Origin: Eledone cirrhosa
Taxonomy: Eukaryota
NCBI GenBank assembly: GCA_964016885.1
Contig: OZ024742.1
Location: 273,792,001 to 273,856,000 of the forward strand
Length of the DNA stretch: 64,000 nt
Direction: 5' to 3'
In this document: in pieces, positions 39,621 to 52,748 of the stretch
Numbering within the stretch: the stretch's first letter is position 1
How the letters are laid out: each line of letters starts with the position of its first letter
The notes under the pieces: generated by a model
The model's database searches: none
What the model saw: the letters and a program-made list of their open reading frames with translations, nothing else
What the model was told of the DNA's origin: nothing
Program-made: the position numbers and the translations under genes

Positions 39621-42289
39621 ATGATATTAAATAAATGGTACTTATATTTATAAAACCATATTTATTTTATTATATATATGTCAAGGGTACGAAGACAACA
39701 TTGGTACGCTTTCATCAGACACAGTAGAAAGTTTGTTTTATAAATAGAGACATACCTATGAAAATCATACCTTATCGGTTGGAAATTTCCTGGATACTGG
39801 AAATATATTAGGGATTATTGAAACTTATGTGTGAATATGCAAATGAATATGTAAATAATTGAAAAACAACCGTTTATTTAAATGAGACTGGAGAAAGAGA
39901 GAGAAAAAAGATATTAGAGGATAAAGATAAAAATTAGTACGAGAGAGATAGAGAGAAGAAATAGACAAGAGAGGATCAATAAAACTCATATAACGTCAAT
40001 GTGGGAGAAATATATTCTAACTATATATCTTAATAGTACATTTATTTACGATTATTAGTTGTTTAAAATTCGTTTCTAATATAATATTTTCTGTTATAAG
40101 TAGATAAATAAACAAATATATATATAAATCAATAACTAAATAGATTAATAAATGAATAGATAGGTATATCATGTTATAGATAATTGTTTTAATGAGTTAT
40201 GAAGGATATTGGTTTTGTATTTAATGTAAGTAAATATGAAGTTAAATTAAATTAAATTAAATTAACTGAGTTAATAAGAATATTCATATTTATATATTTT
40301 AAAATGGGAAGATACGGAAAAACTCCAGTTTAGTTTATTTATTCACTAGTATGAGACTATTTAGTCAAAATAAATATAAATGTTGAATTGTTGAAAGATA
40401 TATTTAGCCATAATCAGTTAGTGGTTATAAATCTATTAAAAAATATTGAAAAAATATTAAAAATTTGAGAAAATTATTTTTTAAATAATTTATAAGAGAG
40501 AACAATTTAAAGAAATAAAAAATAAAGAATTAAAAATTATTAAGATTAAAATTACAATTAAAATTAAAATTAAAACTTAAAAAAAGTTAGAATTATATAT
40601 GTATATATTTTATGAAACTTTAAGTAGTGAAATTATAGCAAATGTTATAGATATGATTTAGAGATATCAATATATTAAAACCAAGTGGATAAGATTGTTA
40701 TGGAAATAAGTAGAAATATTATAAATGTAATTATAATTTATATATAGTTCTACATGTTGAATTCATGCGATGTCTACAAGAATTAAATAAATTCGTTCTT
40801 ATATTAACAGAGTTCTTACATTTAAGTATGAAAAAAATTTCCTTAACACACAATTTGCAGAATCTAGATAAAGCTGTGTTTCAGTACGCGGGTGCTTCCG
40901 ATTTTATTTCCCAAGTTACTGAATAGTCCGTATTCTTGCATTTTAAGTTCCATATCAGGTTTGAAGAAGTTGAAGATTTTTATCAAATCTTTTGAAAGAA
41001 CATTTGTGATTATCCAGCAAATTTTAAATTCTGTAGAAGTTTCACCTACATAGTTATCACTGGTGTTGACTGTACATTTATAGACCACGTCCTTATCTAA
41101 ACACTTATTTTGTAAAGGACAGTTTAGTTTAATTCTACATTTACATTTTGCGGAGTTGTTGTTTTTCAGAACGGTACTATTATGTTGGATATTGCTAGAG
41201 ATATTACTGCTATTTTGGTGATTTTGGTTAGGGTTTATATTTATATTGTTAATTCTATTTATATTTTGTGCTATGTTCATAGTAGTAGAGTAGGTTTGTT
41301 TTATAGTATGTCTGTTAAAGATTGAGTGGTATATGTGAGCTTTAGGAAAACATTTATCTAGTGCTTTAAAGAATAGCTTTGCTAAAGGTATTTTAACGCT
41401 TAATGAGAATGGGGGTGAGTACCAAATAATATTTCTAGTTCTATTTCTTCTGTTAGTTTTAGAGTTTAAGTTAGATTTTTTTAATTATAATTAAAAGTAG
41501 GGTTATTTGCCCTATTAATATTGTCTATGTATTTAATCTTATTTATATAGCCTGCTCTATTTAAAGCTTCATCATAATATTCTGCCTTATCGTCAAAAAT
41601 GTTTTTATTAGCGGAGATGCGTGAAATACGTTGTTGGATAGAATTGGCAATAGTGTTCTTGATAGATCTAGGATTATTAGAGTTAAGACTTACATAGTTT
41701 AGATTCTCATTAATTTTATGGAATGGATTGTAGAGCCCTGTGTTAAGGTTTAATGTTACGTCTAAAAAGTTAACAATTTTATAGTTATTCTCTATTTCTA
41801 AATTAATGTTGTAGCTATTGAAGAATTGTATTATGGATTGTCTTTTTCTATTAACTTCACAATTACTATGATTTTCAATTAAAAGCAGCATGTCATCACG
41901 ATATAAACCACCGGTCATCTCTGGTATTTTTCTATGCAGTGTATTATTAATAAATAGCCCCACAAGATCCATTATTTGCGCCCAGTCTAATGAACCCATG
42001 GTGATCATCAGACTCACTTTCTCCAGTGTCATAATAAACGGTTGTTTTTCAATTATTTACATATTCATTTGTATATTCACACATAAGATTCAATAATCCC
42101 TAATATATCTCCACTATCCAGTGAATTTCTAACCGATAAGGTATGATTTTTATGGGCATGTCTCTATTTATAAAACAAACTTTGTATTTTATCTGATGAA
42201 AACGTACCAATGTTTTCTTGGTACCTTTGAAATATATATAAAATAAATATGGTTTTATAAATATAGTTTCCATTTATTTAATATCATTG
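39618..42289 (-). mobile_element. PLE family C: pLTR, RT/GIY-YIG remnant and inverted pLTR
   Basis: MGS..AQIMDLVGL, GLYRDD, NFLDVTLNL, CPLQNKCL..VVYKC..YVGET; inverted repeat 39618-39879 vs 42033-42289; hammerhead-like motifs at ~39661-39725 (-) and 42185-42245 (+). Confidence 0.88.
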
Positions 42290-42381
42290 AATATTTACTC
42301 CAGTAACTTGTTGAGTGCTCTAAATCTGTTATAAACATATATGCTTGTCGGACTTCCAAGAAATTAAATACCACTTCTGCT

Positions 42382-42399
<18 letters not shown>

Positions 42400-42415
<16 letters not shown>

Positions 42416-43310
42416 GTATATGTATTTTTTTATATATATGTATATGTATTTGTTATATATATATACATGTATGGCCCATTGTGTATATTTATATGACTTT
42501 GTGTGTATATTCTATATATATACATATATATATTGTATGCGTGCGAGTGTATATGAATATGCGTATGTTTGTTAGAGTGTATATGCGCCAGTGTGTGTGT
42601 ACAAGAACCCGTGTAGGGAAGGGCTTGTTTGTGTATCTATGTGTGTGTTTGCGCGCGATTGTGTATCTGTGTGTGTATATATGGATATGGGTATGTCTAT
42701 ATGTGTGTGGGGGAGGGGGATATATGTATATGTGTTTATGTGTTTATGTGTACGGGTATATATACGGCGTGCATGTGTATGCACATGTATGTGTGTGTAT
42801 GTTGATGTATATAGGCTTGTGGTTATGTGTCTGTGTATGTACGTGCCTCTCTGGATTGCATGTATGCGTATATTTATAAGTTCTCCTTAAATGTGTGTGT
42901 ATAGCGCGCCACTTTGCGTATGACTCTCATTATCTCTATCTCTGTTTTGTGTGTGTGTGTGTGTGTGCGCGCGTGGATGTGTGAACAACCAAACACAGCA
43001 GTAATTTATTGAAGTGTAGCAGACGTGTGACAGCTAACGCCATGATAGTGAGCGGACTGGTACCTGTAGTCAGAATTATGTTGACGTCGATAACCAGCGG
43101 CCAATCACAGGACGTGCGAAGTGGATGAAGTTTTTGACGGTACTAGCCCAGAGGGTCAGATACCCCAGTGAAAGAATATGCTCCGAAATCATTAGACGTT
43201 TCCGTCGAATTCGTTTTTTAAGCTACGACAAACCTTTTTAGAAGAACTGTATGATCGTTGCTTTTATCATGTTAAATTGTGTTTGGTCAAATCCTAGTGC
43301 GTAGGTGACC
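42400..43310 (+). mobile_element. PLE family B 3' UTR continuation (TG-rich)
   Basis: Matches 48500-49250 and continues the 39245-39290 sequence. Confidence 0.65.
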
Positions 43311-43402
43311 TAGAATTTAACAACGCTTACTATCACCGGATTGTCAAGATGGTAAATTATGCTGGTCTCTTACATATGCCATTCATGCGTGAAGGTGGTA
43401 GT

Positions 43403-43477
43403 CTTCTTCTTCTTCTTCTTCTTCTTCTTCTTCTTCTTCTTCTTCTTCTTCTTCTTCTTCTTCTTCTTCTTCTTCTT
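43403..43477. repeat. (TTC)n microsatellite
   Basis: Direct reading. Confidence 0.98.
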
Positions 43478-44079
43478 TAATGATTACCATTATTCATCAT
43501 TGCAATATGGCCCTACCTGTCTTTCTTGTCATCATTATACTCAAATTCCTACTGATTGCTTAACAGTTGGTTCCTTTTCATTCTTCCCAATTTGGATATT
43601 TATAATTTCATCTAAAGAAGTGTTAATGTACATCCTAATTACAATTCTTTACAATTAAACACCTCTGTCAAAATGAAAAACACTATTCACCATCTACTCA
43701 CTCTCGTCTCCAACCCATCCTCCACATCCCAATAACATGCATATCAAACGAATAGGCGAGTAGGGGAGATATCTCAACAGTCCGGATGGACCACCTATCT
43801 TAATTCTCATATCTGAAGAAATGTCGATTAAAAGTTGGCACCCGATCACAGGATCACATCGGAGCTGATCGATATGGAAATAAATTGTAATATGTAATAA
43901 AGTATACAAACAACTACAATACTTATTGTCAGTTTATATACACTCTGCAAATACAGCCGCCTTAAACCTGAAGCACAACACAAAGAGAGACGGACACAGT
44001 AACAGCATTGAGTGCTTCGACCATTGTAGCCGCTAGTATCTCCAAGTTACACACCTAATGATATATATATATATATATA

Positions 44080-45671
44080 TAGGAAAAAGTATGACCCCGA
44101 CGGCAGAGCTCAAGCCGTTTAGACGGCTATTTCTGGACTAAATTAGAATTTTTAGCCTGGTGAATAAATAGCCGAACTTTTCAAGGGGGTACTTCCTTAT
44201 ATGAGAAGATTGTAATTGTCAAGAGGATTGGTTAAAATGTGTTGTAAACACAAATAAGCCTATCATGGCAACTTCGCACAAAACATCGTCTCCTCAAACA
44301 ACAAAAAGCTCAGCCCCTATGGAAGAAATACCCTAGACATCAGTGGAGAGACGACCGGGAGGTGTAACTGCCCTGATAGATCTACGTGCCCCCTCAACAA
44401 CAAATGCCGAGAACGTAACGTGATCTACCAGTGCAACGTGAGGAGGGACACCTCCAACAAAGCTTATGTAGGATTAACCGCGTGTGACTTCCAGACCCGG
44501 CTCTACCAACACCGACATACTTTCCGAAACCCGGTGCGGCGACAGGCCACTACACTTTCGGGCCACATCTGGGACCTCCAAGATAATAATATAACCTAAA
44601 TCTCACTTGGAGTTTACTGTCCAAAGTTAACTCTTACACGGGAGGACGCCGTCCCGTCCGTGTAACTTATGCTCGGAGGAAACATTACAAATGCTGTTTT
44701 CGAAGGTCCAACTCCTAAACAAAAAAGACGAACTGTTAACCGCATGCAAACACAGATTGCGTAGGACTTACCTCGCCCTTAAACCCATAACGACCCGGGT
44801 GGGTAGACAAGGGCTGATACCCCCTACTTGCCGAATAACTTAGGGGAAACCCCAGCTTACTTAGGTAGATGTATCTCTTTACTTTTCTTTTCCTCTTTGT
44901 CTTCTTCTTCCCCCTGTCTCATTCTATGACTTCCTTCCACCCCCCATTTTCTTCCTCTCTGCTTTTCCCCTTCGCCTACCCCGATGCAGCCCATCGGGCC
45001 TCTGTAGCATATGTTCCCCCACCCCTGTAATCTTAAGATAGAATTGGCCGAATACGTTTTACTAACTACTTATAGCAGACCTTTAATTCTGTATCAGTTC
45101 TGGTACTACTCAATTTCTACAAGTTTTTTCTATTCTCAACTTATTAACCTGTAATTGTAAGATAGCATTGTCATTTTCTTTATTCATTTCTCACTATCTA
45201 AGTTTATATATATTTTTTTTTATTTCTATTATCTTTTATTGTCTCCTACTCTCATTCGATTTACCTATTTTATAACCTCCCTCTTCCACTTCATACTCTA
45301 TCCTCAGAATCTGATGTATACATATCACTTTCAACGCTTGACCGCTCCTGTCACGCCCCTATTGTCCTACAGGCAAGTTCAGCCACACCTACCACCCACC
45401 ATTTGCCATGATAGACTTATTTGTGTTTACAACACATTTTAACCAATCCTCTTGACAACTACAATCTTCTCATATAAGGAAGTATCCCCTTGAAAAGTTC
45501 GGCTATTTATTCACCAGGCTAAACATTCTAATTTAGTCCAGAAATAGCCGTCGAAACGGCTTGAGCTCTGCCGTCGGGGTCTTACTTTTTCCTATTTCCT
45601 ACTCTACTACCCTAAGTATTGGGTACTTTGGTGCGTTATGGTCCATCTGGTTCCTTACCACAATTCCTTTG

Positions 45672-45675
<4 letters not shown>
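44080..45675 (+). mobile_element. PLE: inverted pLTR, GIY-YIG remnant and pLTR
   Basis: Inverted repeat 44080-44270 vs 45404-45594; CPLNNKCRERNVIYQC..AYVGLT..FQTRLYQHRHTF. Confidence 0.87.
45486..45579 (+). ncRNA. Type I hammerhead with U3-A8 variant core
   Basis: CCCC TTGAAAA [G..CGGCTATTT...AAATAGCCG.C] GAAA CGGC-loop-GCCG TC GGGG. Confidence 0.75.
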
Positions 45676-45711
<36 letters not shown>

Positions 45712-45769
45712 CCATTCCATTTTTAAATATAAATTAAACATAAATACCATTCCATTTTTAATAGACACA

Positions 45770-47206
45770 CCATTACATTGTCTTATTCTACAACTATGAA
45801 TATGGCCCAAAACATTGCTAAATTAAACACTAAAATTCTAAAGCAGAATCAGCATAATGATCTTAATAATAGCGTTAACATAAATGATAATAAACCAAAA
45901 TGTGTGTAGAAATAAAATTGATTGCCCTCTGCAAAATAATTGTTTAGATAGTAATTTGCTGTATAAATGCACCGTAAAAACTGATTGCAACACATAGAAC
46001 TACATAGGATCGACTTCTTCTACATTTAAAGCCAGATTTGCGAACCATAAATGCTCACTTTCGAACTCCAAGAGGAAATCATCCACTTCTTTATCACAGC
46101 TTATATGGTCATTAAAAGAGAAGAATTTAAAATACTCCATTTTGGGGATGAAACTCCGGAATAGTGGAATTTACCGCAACTCAAGTATATCAAGTAATTG
46201 CGCGCTTTGTACAATGGAGACCCTGTTGATTATTAATAATTATGAGACTTTAATTAACAAAAAAAGTGAATTATTCTCTAATTGCCTTCATGAAGCGTTG
46301 TCTACATTTCAAGCCTCCCATAAGACCAGGAAAAATCACTAAGCAACTAAAGTTGATTTTTAGACGTACATAATCAACAGTTGAAAACCTTAATGGCCTT
46401 TAATATTGCTTAATCTTATAACTATCTATAAAAGAAAAAAACGTTTGAATGAATGACACTTGTTTAATAACATGCCGACACGTTGATATACATAACATAA
46501 TATTATTAACTTTGATCCATACCATTATTTCTCTATCTTTATTTTTCTATCTTTATTGTTCTATCTATGTTTTAAATATCGTTCAAATATCCAACCTGTC
46601 AATTTTTACGGACCTTATTTTGAACTGGGAATCATTCATGCGTTTACACTCCTTTATTTATATATATGTATGTATTTAACTTTTGCATGTTTTTAAGTAT
46701 GCCTATTTTTATTTTTTTATATAAGTTTTAAAAATAAATCAAATATCCAACCTGTACATTTTTACGGACCTTATTTTGAACTGGGAATCATTCATGCGTT
46801 TAAACTCTTTTATATATATGTATTTATTTAAGCTTTGCATGTTTGAATCTATTATATAAGATTATAAACGTTATCATTTACCAAAAGTATACTGTCTCAT
46901 TAATACTTAGTATATCTCTCTATACCTAATTCTTTTGCCAATATGTGTATATTGTATAATAGCAAAATCATATTATTACTTTCGTATATCTCTCCATTTG
47001 TTTTTTTTACATTTATATGTATAATGTATAATAACTTAATCATAATTACCGTTTCGGTTTAACGCTATATATAGTTTGTGCAATATATAGATATATTGTA
47101 CAATAACATATCCATTATTTAGGTTTCATTCCTCCCATGAAGGTTGAACTAATATAGTGATTTAATATAATATAATATAATAAATATTAATTTATTACGA
47201 TAAATG

Positions 47207-47240
<34 letters not shown>

Positions 47241-47495
47241 CTTATATGGCTGAAAACTCTGCGTTAATCATTATACTTTAGACAATGTATCTACTTCACA
47301 ATAAATATTTCGATATTTCTAACAATAAGAACTTCATAAATTTTACATACCGAAAATATTGACATTCTTATAGGTAAATTTTGTTAAAGATTACTTTTAA
47401 GGAAATATTCAACAGTGTATATTTCTCATTCGCGAGCCTAGTAAATCCTTTAATTTTGTTTTTCACAAATTCAGAATTTTAGAAATGCAACACAT
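45770..47495 (+). mobile_element. PLE family A: GIY-YIG remnant and proximal 3' UTR
   Basis: CPLQNNCL..VYKC..NYIGSTS..FKARFANHK..CALCTME..INKKSELFSNCLH; UTR is the reverse complement of 61270-62408. Confidence 0.82.
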
Positions 47496-47762
47496 GGGGA
47501 TAGTCAGACTGAAGGATGATGCAGTCAAGCTGAAATCGGAAATAATCATGACGTGCAGGCACCAGAGAAAGTGCACACTCTCCGCATGGAATCTACCGGG
47601 CAGCCCAAGCTAAAGGCATGCAGGAAGCGCACGCCGGCCAGAGCGGCGAAACGGGTTCAAGGTATCAGACACCATACCCTGTTGACTATATATGCCCTGT
47701 GGTGTAAGCCGACATAACCCAGGATGCCTATCCGACTCTGCACGTCACCCTAGGCAACAACA
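47494..47762 (+). mobile_element. PLE family B fragment (C-terminus and UTR start)
   Basis: Matches 38539-38808. Confidence 0.85.
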
Positions 47763-47780
47763 TATATATATATATATATG

Positions 47781-48457
47781 TCAATCAATTTCTAGTTGAT
47801 ATAAAATGCTCGGATGTATTCATTGGAATGTTTGAGCTTATTCTACAGTGGATATGGCGCATGTCTCGGACGTGACTCCTTTAATTTAATTAAATTTAAA
47901 AATATTTCGGATATATAAACGGCTCCTTATCTGTAGAGCTAAATCGGTTGAAAGGGCTTGGCTGCTATTTATAGCTGTCGACCAACCTATTCATGTCAAT
48001 AGGAGGACGCTAGTTTGTTGTTAGTAGTTTTAGAATTGCAGGACGAGCGACGGGTCACTCGTAGATTTGTATTTGATGCGTAAACACAGAGAGTTATTTC
48101 TTCGTCCTTGCTGATGATCTAAGATTTAACTACAGCGACTTTACGGATTTTTAATGAAATATATTTCTTTAATGAAATATATACAAGGAGGATTAATCAT
48201 TTTTAAAAGGTAATATTTGAAGATCTAGTTAAACTTTAATTAGTTACCTACCTAGCTGTGTGTGATTACACACTTTACGAATTATCCCTTGTGATTGATT
48301 CATGTGTTTATTTTAAATATATATATATATATCAATCAATGTCTAGTTGATATAAAATGCTCGGATCTATTCATTGGAATATTTGAGCTTATTCTACAGT
48401 GGATATGGCGCATGTCTCGGACATGACTCCTTTAATTTAATTTAATTTAATCTATTT

Positions 48458-48465
<8 letters not shown>
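47781..48465 (+). repeat. 551-bp hammerhead-containing unit, ~1.25 tandem copies, in (TA)n
   Basis: 47781-47915 repeats at 48332-48465; TCCTTG CTGATGA...GAAA TATA TA CAAGGA at 48105-48189. Confidence 0.72.
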
Positions 48466-48499
<34 letters not shown>

Positions 48500-48505
<6 letters not shown>

Positions 48506-48617
48506 TTATTATTTATATATATATATGTATATTTTTTATATATGTATGTATTTATGGCAAGATGCATCCTTTCATGTATGGCCTATGTGTATCTTTATAT
48601 GACTTTGTGTGTATATT

Positions 48618-48674
<57 letters not shown>

Positions 48675-49251
48675 TATGCGTTGCGTGGGTGTGTATATGA
48701 ATATGCGCATATTTGAAAGAGTGTATATACGCCAGTGTGTGTGTGTACAAGCACCCGTGTATGGAAAGGGCTTCTTTGTGTATATATATGTGTGTTTGCG
48801 CGCGAGTGTGCATCTGTGCGTGTATATATGGATATGTGTACGTGTATATGTGTGTGTGGGGTGGAGGGCGGTCTATCTATATGTCTGTATGTGTTTGTGT
48901 GTACAGGTATATATCCGCGTGCGCATGTGTATGCACATGTATGTGTGTGTGTAGGTTGATGTATATAGGCATGTGGGTATGTGTCTCTGTGTGTACATGC
49001 CTCTCAGGATGCATGTATGCGTATATATGCGTATATTTATATGTCCTCCTTAAATGTGTGTGTATAGCGAGCCACTATGCGTATGGCTGTCATTATCTCT
49101 CTGCTTGTGTGTGTGTGTGTGTTTGTGTGCGCGCGCGTGGATGTGTTAACAACCAAACACAGCAGTAATTTATTGAAGTGTAGCAGACGTGTGACTGCTA
49201 ACGCCCTGAGAGTGAGCGGACTGGTACATGTAGTCAGAATTATGGTGACGT
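48500..49251 (+). mobile_element. PLE family B 3' UTR
   Basis: Colinear with 42400-43087. Confidence 0.7.
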
Positions 49252-49253
49252 GA

Positions 49254-49832
49254 GTGGAGTAGTCTATACTTGAGTCCTTGAGCGACCATACGTGGCTCGC
49301 GAGTTTCGTGGATGAACGTCTGTCCGGGTACCTAAAGGTCGACTGGTGGTTCAGGAAGCGTTCCTTAAATCGGCCATCTGCCATACCGGCATAGGATTTG
49401 ACCTCCATTCAATGGAAAGCCATCACTAAGTCCAAGCAAAACGCAAGGGGAAATACGTCGTGTGGAGTATGTATTGATGAACGAATAAAATTCTAAAGAG
49501 ATTATGCAATAGTGATTGCCTAAACACTATAAATGATTTCTTCACACGTTGTCCACACGTCTCGAAACACCTCTTACATAACTGCAGAGCTCCGGATTGC
49601 ATCACAACATCCTAATTTTCTTATCAACTAGACACTTTTCGGACTTTCGCAGTTATCTCCCTTACACCTCTCGCACACTTTTTAGTATTGCCTGTGTGAA
49701 GTGACGGTTTCTGCGCATGCGCGTTCGTACGGTTGTCCTTCCTGTTCCGTATAACCATGTCCATTACGAGCTGAGGATCCGCTAAGGTGAAACAATTGTT
49801 CTCGGTATGGTGAACTAACTGTTGTGTAACCA

Positions 49833-49835
<3 letters not shown>
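49254..49835. mobile_element. PLE family D fragment with 5' inversion; hammerhead at 49767-49804 (+)
   Basis: Minus SYAGMADGRFKERFLNHQSTF..SIDYS continues as IQWK on plus; CGAG CTGAGGA TCCGCTAAGGT GAAA CAATTG TT CTCG. Confidence 0.85.
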
Positions 49836-49911
<76 letters not shown>

Positions 49912-50982
49912 GGGGTAAAAGATTATTGTTATAGGTAGTCCACTTAAGTGTAGTCCAGTTAGGGTACTCCGAGTAGTGGATGATATCAACGCTTGGCTAA
50001 TTTTGACTCAACAATGCGTTTCCATAGTGATGCTGCGAGTACGCGGTGATTTCTCTGTTGTTAACACTTGGAGTAATGATAAATCAGGAAAGAAGTGTGA
50101 CACGGTTTGCTATACAAAAAAGGTTTTTAATCTCATTGCTGACAATTGTTTCTCTGAACTGTTAGGTCCAGAGATCGCTACCCGCTTGTTTTCACGTCAT
50201 TCGATCACCAATACATAGTTGTAACCGGTCAATTCATCTGAGCTTGTGAGAATGAAAGGAATATAAAGGCATGGCTACTATATATAGTAGTAATTGCATT
50301 CAATCAGAACAATAAAAACAATACTAACAATAAATTATTTGAAATAATCACAACATCAATCTAAGTAAGAAATATAGTATATCTAAGATTTTAGCGTGTA
50401 AAACTAGCTGACATGAGGCAGATGTATAAAATTGACATGTAAAAGGTGTCATGGGGTGTATTATATATAGTGTAGTGATAAGCCGGTGGCTTTAAACAAT
50501 GAACCATTTCCTTTACTGTAGGTCGAGAGACCGTAAGATTTATTTATTATCTGACAGATGAAATATGTATCACTGTAGTGAGGATAGTAATATGTGTGGT
50601 GTGAGGTGGATTCAATATTTATGTGGTCTATATTAGATGACGGGACTGTTAGTTCGAATCGTGGGGTTGTTTAACTTTCACATCATCAATAACATACATG
50701 TATACGATAACATTATCTGAGTAGTAATATAATAGGCAAGTTAATACAGCGGTTAAGGAGGCAATATAAATATATGTAAAGAGAAAACATGCTGACTACT
50801 ATTGTAACAGGAGGAAGGTAATGTTCTAATATAGTAGTAATTTGAAATGTTCTTGGATTTAGATTCATTCTCACAAGCTCCGATGAATTGACTGCTTACA
50901 TCTCTCTCTCCACCACCGGGCCTTGTTACCCGGAGAGTTACCCATTTGCATTGTCGAGGCTTCCAAACGACTTAAAGATATG

Positions 50983-51096
<114 letters not shown>

Positions 51097-51327
51097 TTCT
51101 ATACTTTTCATTAATATATATATATATATTTAGGTTTGAAGGTTCACCACTGGATAGAGCTGGTCATTCCGTATGGTCAATCTTGATGTAATAATCTGGA
51201 GAGTACTCAACGTAAAGCAGCTCAAGCGTCTTCGTTTGTGTAGTTGGTGGTGCGAGTACGGAGGGAGTTAAATATTATAATAAACTAACAGGAGGCTGTA
51301 CTTGTGTAAACCCTTGAAAGGTTTATT

Positions 51328-51385
51328 ATACTATGATCATTTCAATGACCGGGTTCCGTGTGAACACGGTGATATCATCAGGTAT
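51328..51385 (-). ncRNA. Type I hammerhead in a probable pLTR
   Basis: Reverse complement ATAC CTGATGA TATCACCGTGTTCACACGGAACCCGGTCATT GAAA TGATCA TA GTAT. Confidence 0.72.
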
Positions 51386-51486
51386 TCGAAATATAATAAA
51401 TGAATGTAACAGATAAAATCCATGGGGCTGCAAATCATAGACCCGAGGACGACCGACCACCTAGCATCTTCCAATTTAGACGGTCG

Positions 51487-51590
<104 letters not shown>

Positions 51591-52655
51591 CACAAGAATC
51601 AAAGCTATGTTCAAAGCATTTATTCACTTACAATTGTTCCATCCAAACCTAGGCTTGGAGTCTTCGGAACATTTTTCAATGCTTGTACATATAATTGACC
51701 CCCTATCCAACGCAAGAGACATACAGATACATATATATATTGATGTACATTGGAGTGACATATATTATACTATACTATATTTGTACAGCAATTCAAATTT
51801 TTAAATCAAAATTAAAATTACAATTAAAATACATGCGGCAGATAACACAGATAATGCAAGAGGATAGTTCGATAATCAGATCTAGAAGATAGTGTATGTG
51901 TACTAGTCATACATGGAGCATGCAAGTGTGTCTCATTTATATACGAGTATTGTGTGGCAAGGTGTTACATGTAATGCAAGGACTTTAAGCGGGTAAGCAA
52001 GAGTATTATGGTGGTTGTAGTGGTAGGGTATTTTTTGTATAGATAAAACAAGTATGTGTGCAGAAAAAGAAAAAGAAAAACAAAGTTATAGTTTTCGCAT
52101 CCACCACCATTTTCACATTCAGAAAAAGGAAGTTATAGTTTTCACATCCATCACATACGTTACGATGAATTCGTATTGAATGTTTGATGTAGTAAATGAT
52201 TGTAACGTATTGAGGCTCAGTGTTATTTAATCCATATTTATAGAATAGGTTCTTTCTGCTGCGAGAATTTACAGTGGTTTATTATCCGGAAGTAGGTGCG
52301 TAATTAAGGGGAGTTAACGCGTAAGGGGAGGTAACTAGCTGATTCTCATAACTAAATTCATTGTTCTAACAAACATTATATGGTGCCTCAATTTGAGTCC
52401 CCCATATAAAAGGTTATATATTTATATCTAATTTTAAATACAGTCTACTCTCAAAACATATCAGAGGACCAATTAGAATTTTGTCTACATAACCCCTGGT
52501 AAGCTATGGAGCAGCGTACGGCTGTTTGCATGATAAAATCAAATACATATCTTGGGTAAACAAATACATCCCTCATTTACAATGTCATTAATCTATCCAT
52601 CAAGTTATACATGCATATATAATTCATATATAATTAATGTACACACACACACACG

Positions 52656-52692
<37 letters not shown>

Positions 52693-52748
52693 TCGTGTAC
52701 ATATTCTCAACAGTAATGCTGTACTATATATTTTCAACAGAAATATTA

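Noticed and set aside
50221-50899. 36-bp inverted repeat (50221-50256 vs 50864-50899) with C(A/C)GATGA cores
   Set aside because: Probably a decayed pLTR pair; no intact hammerhead or ORF could be reconstructed.
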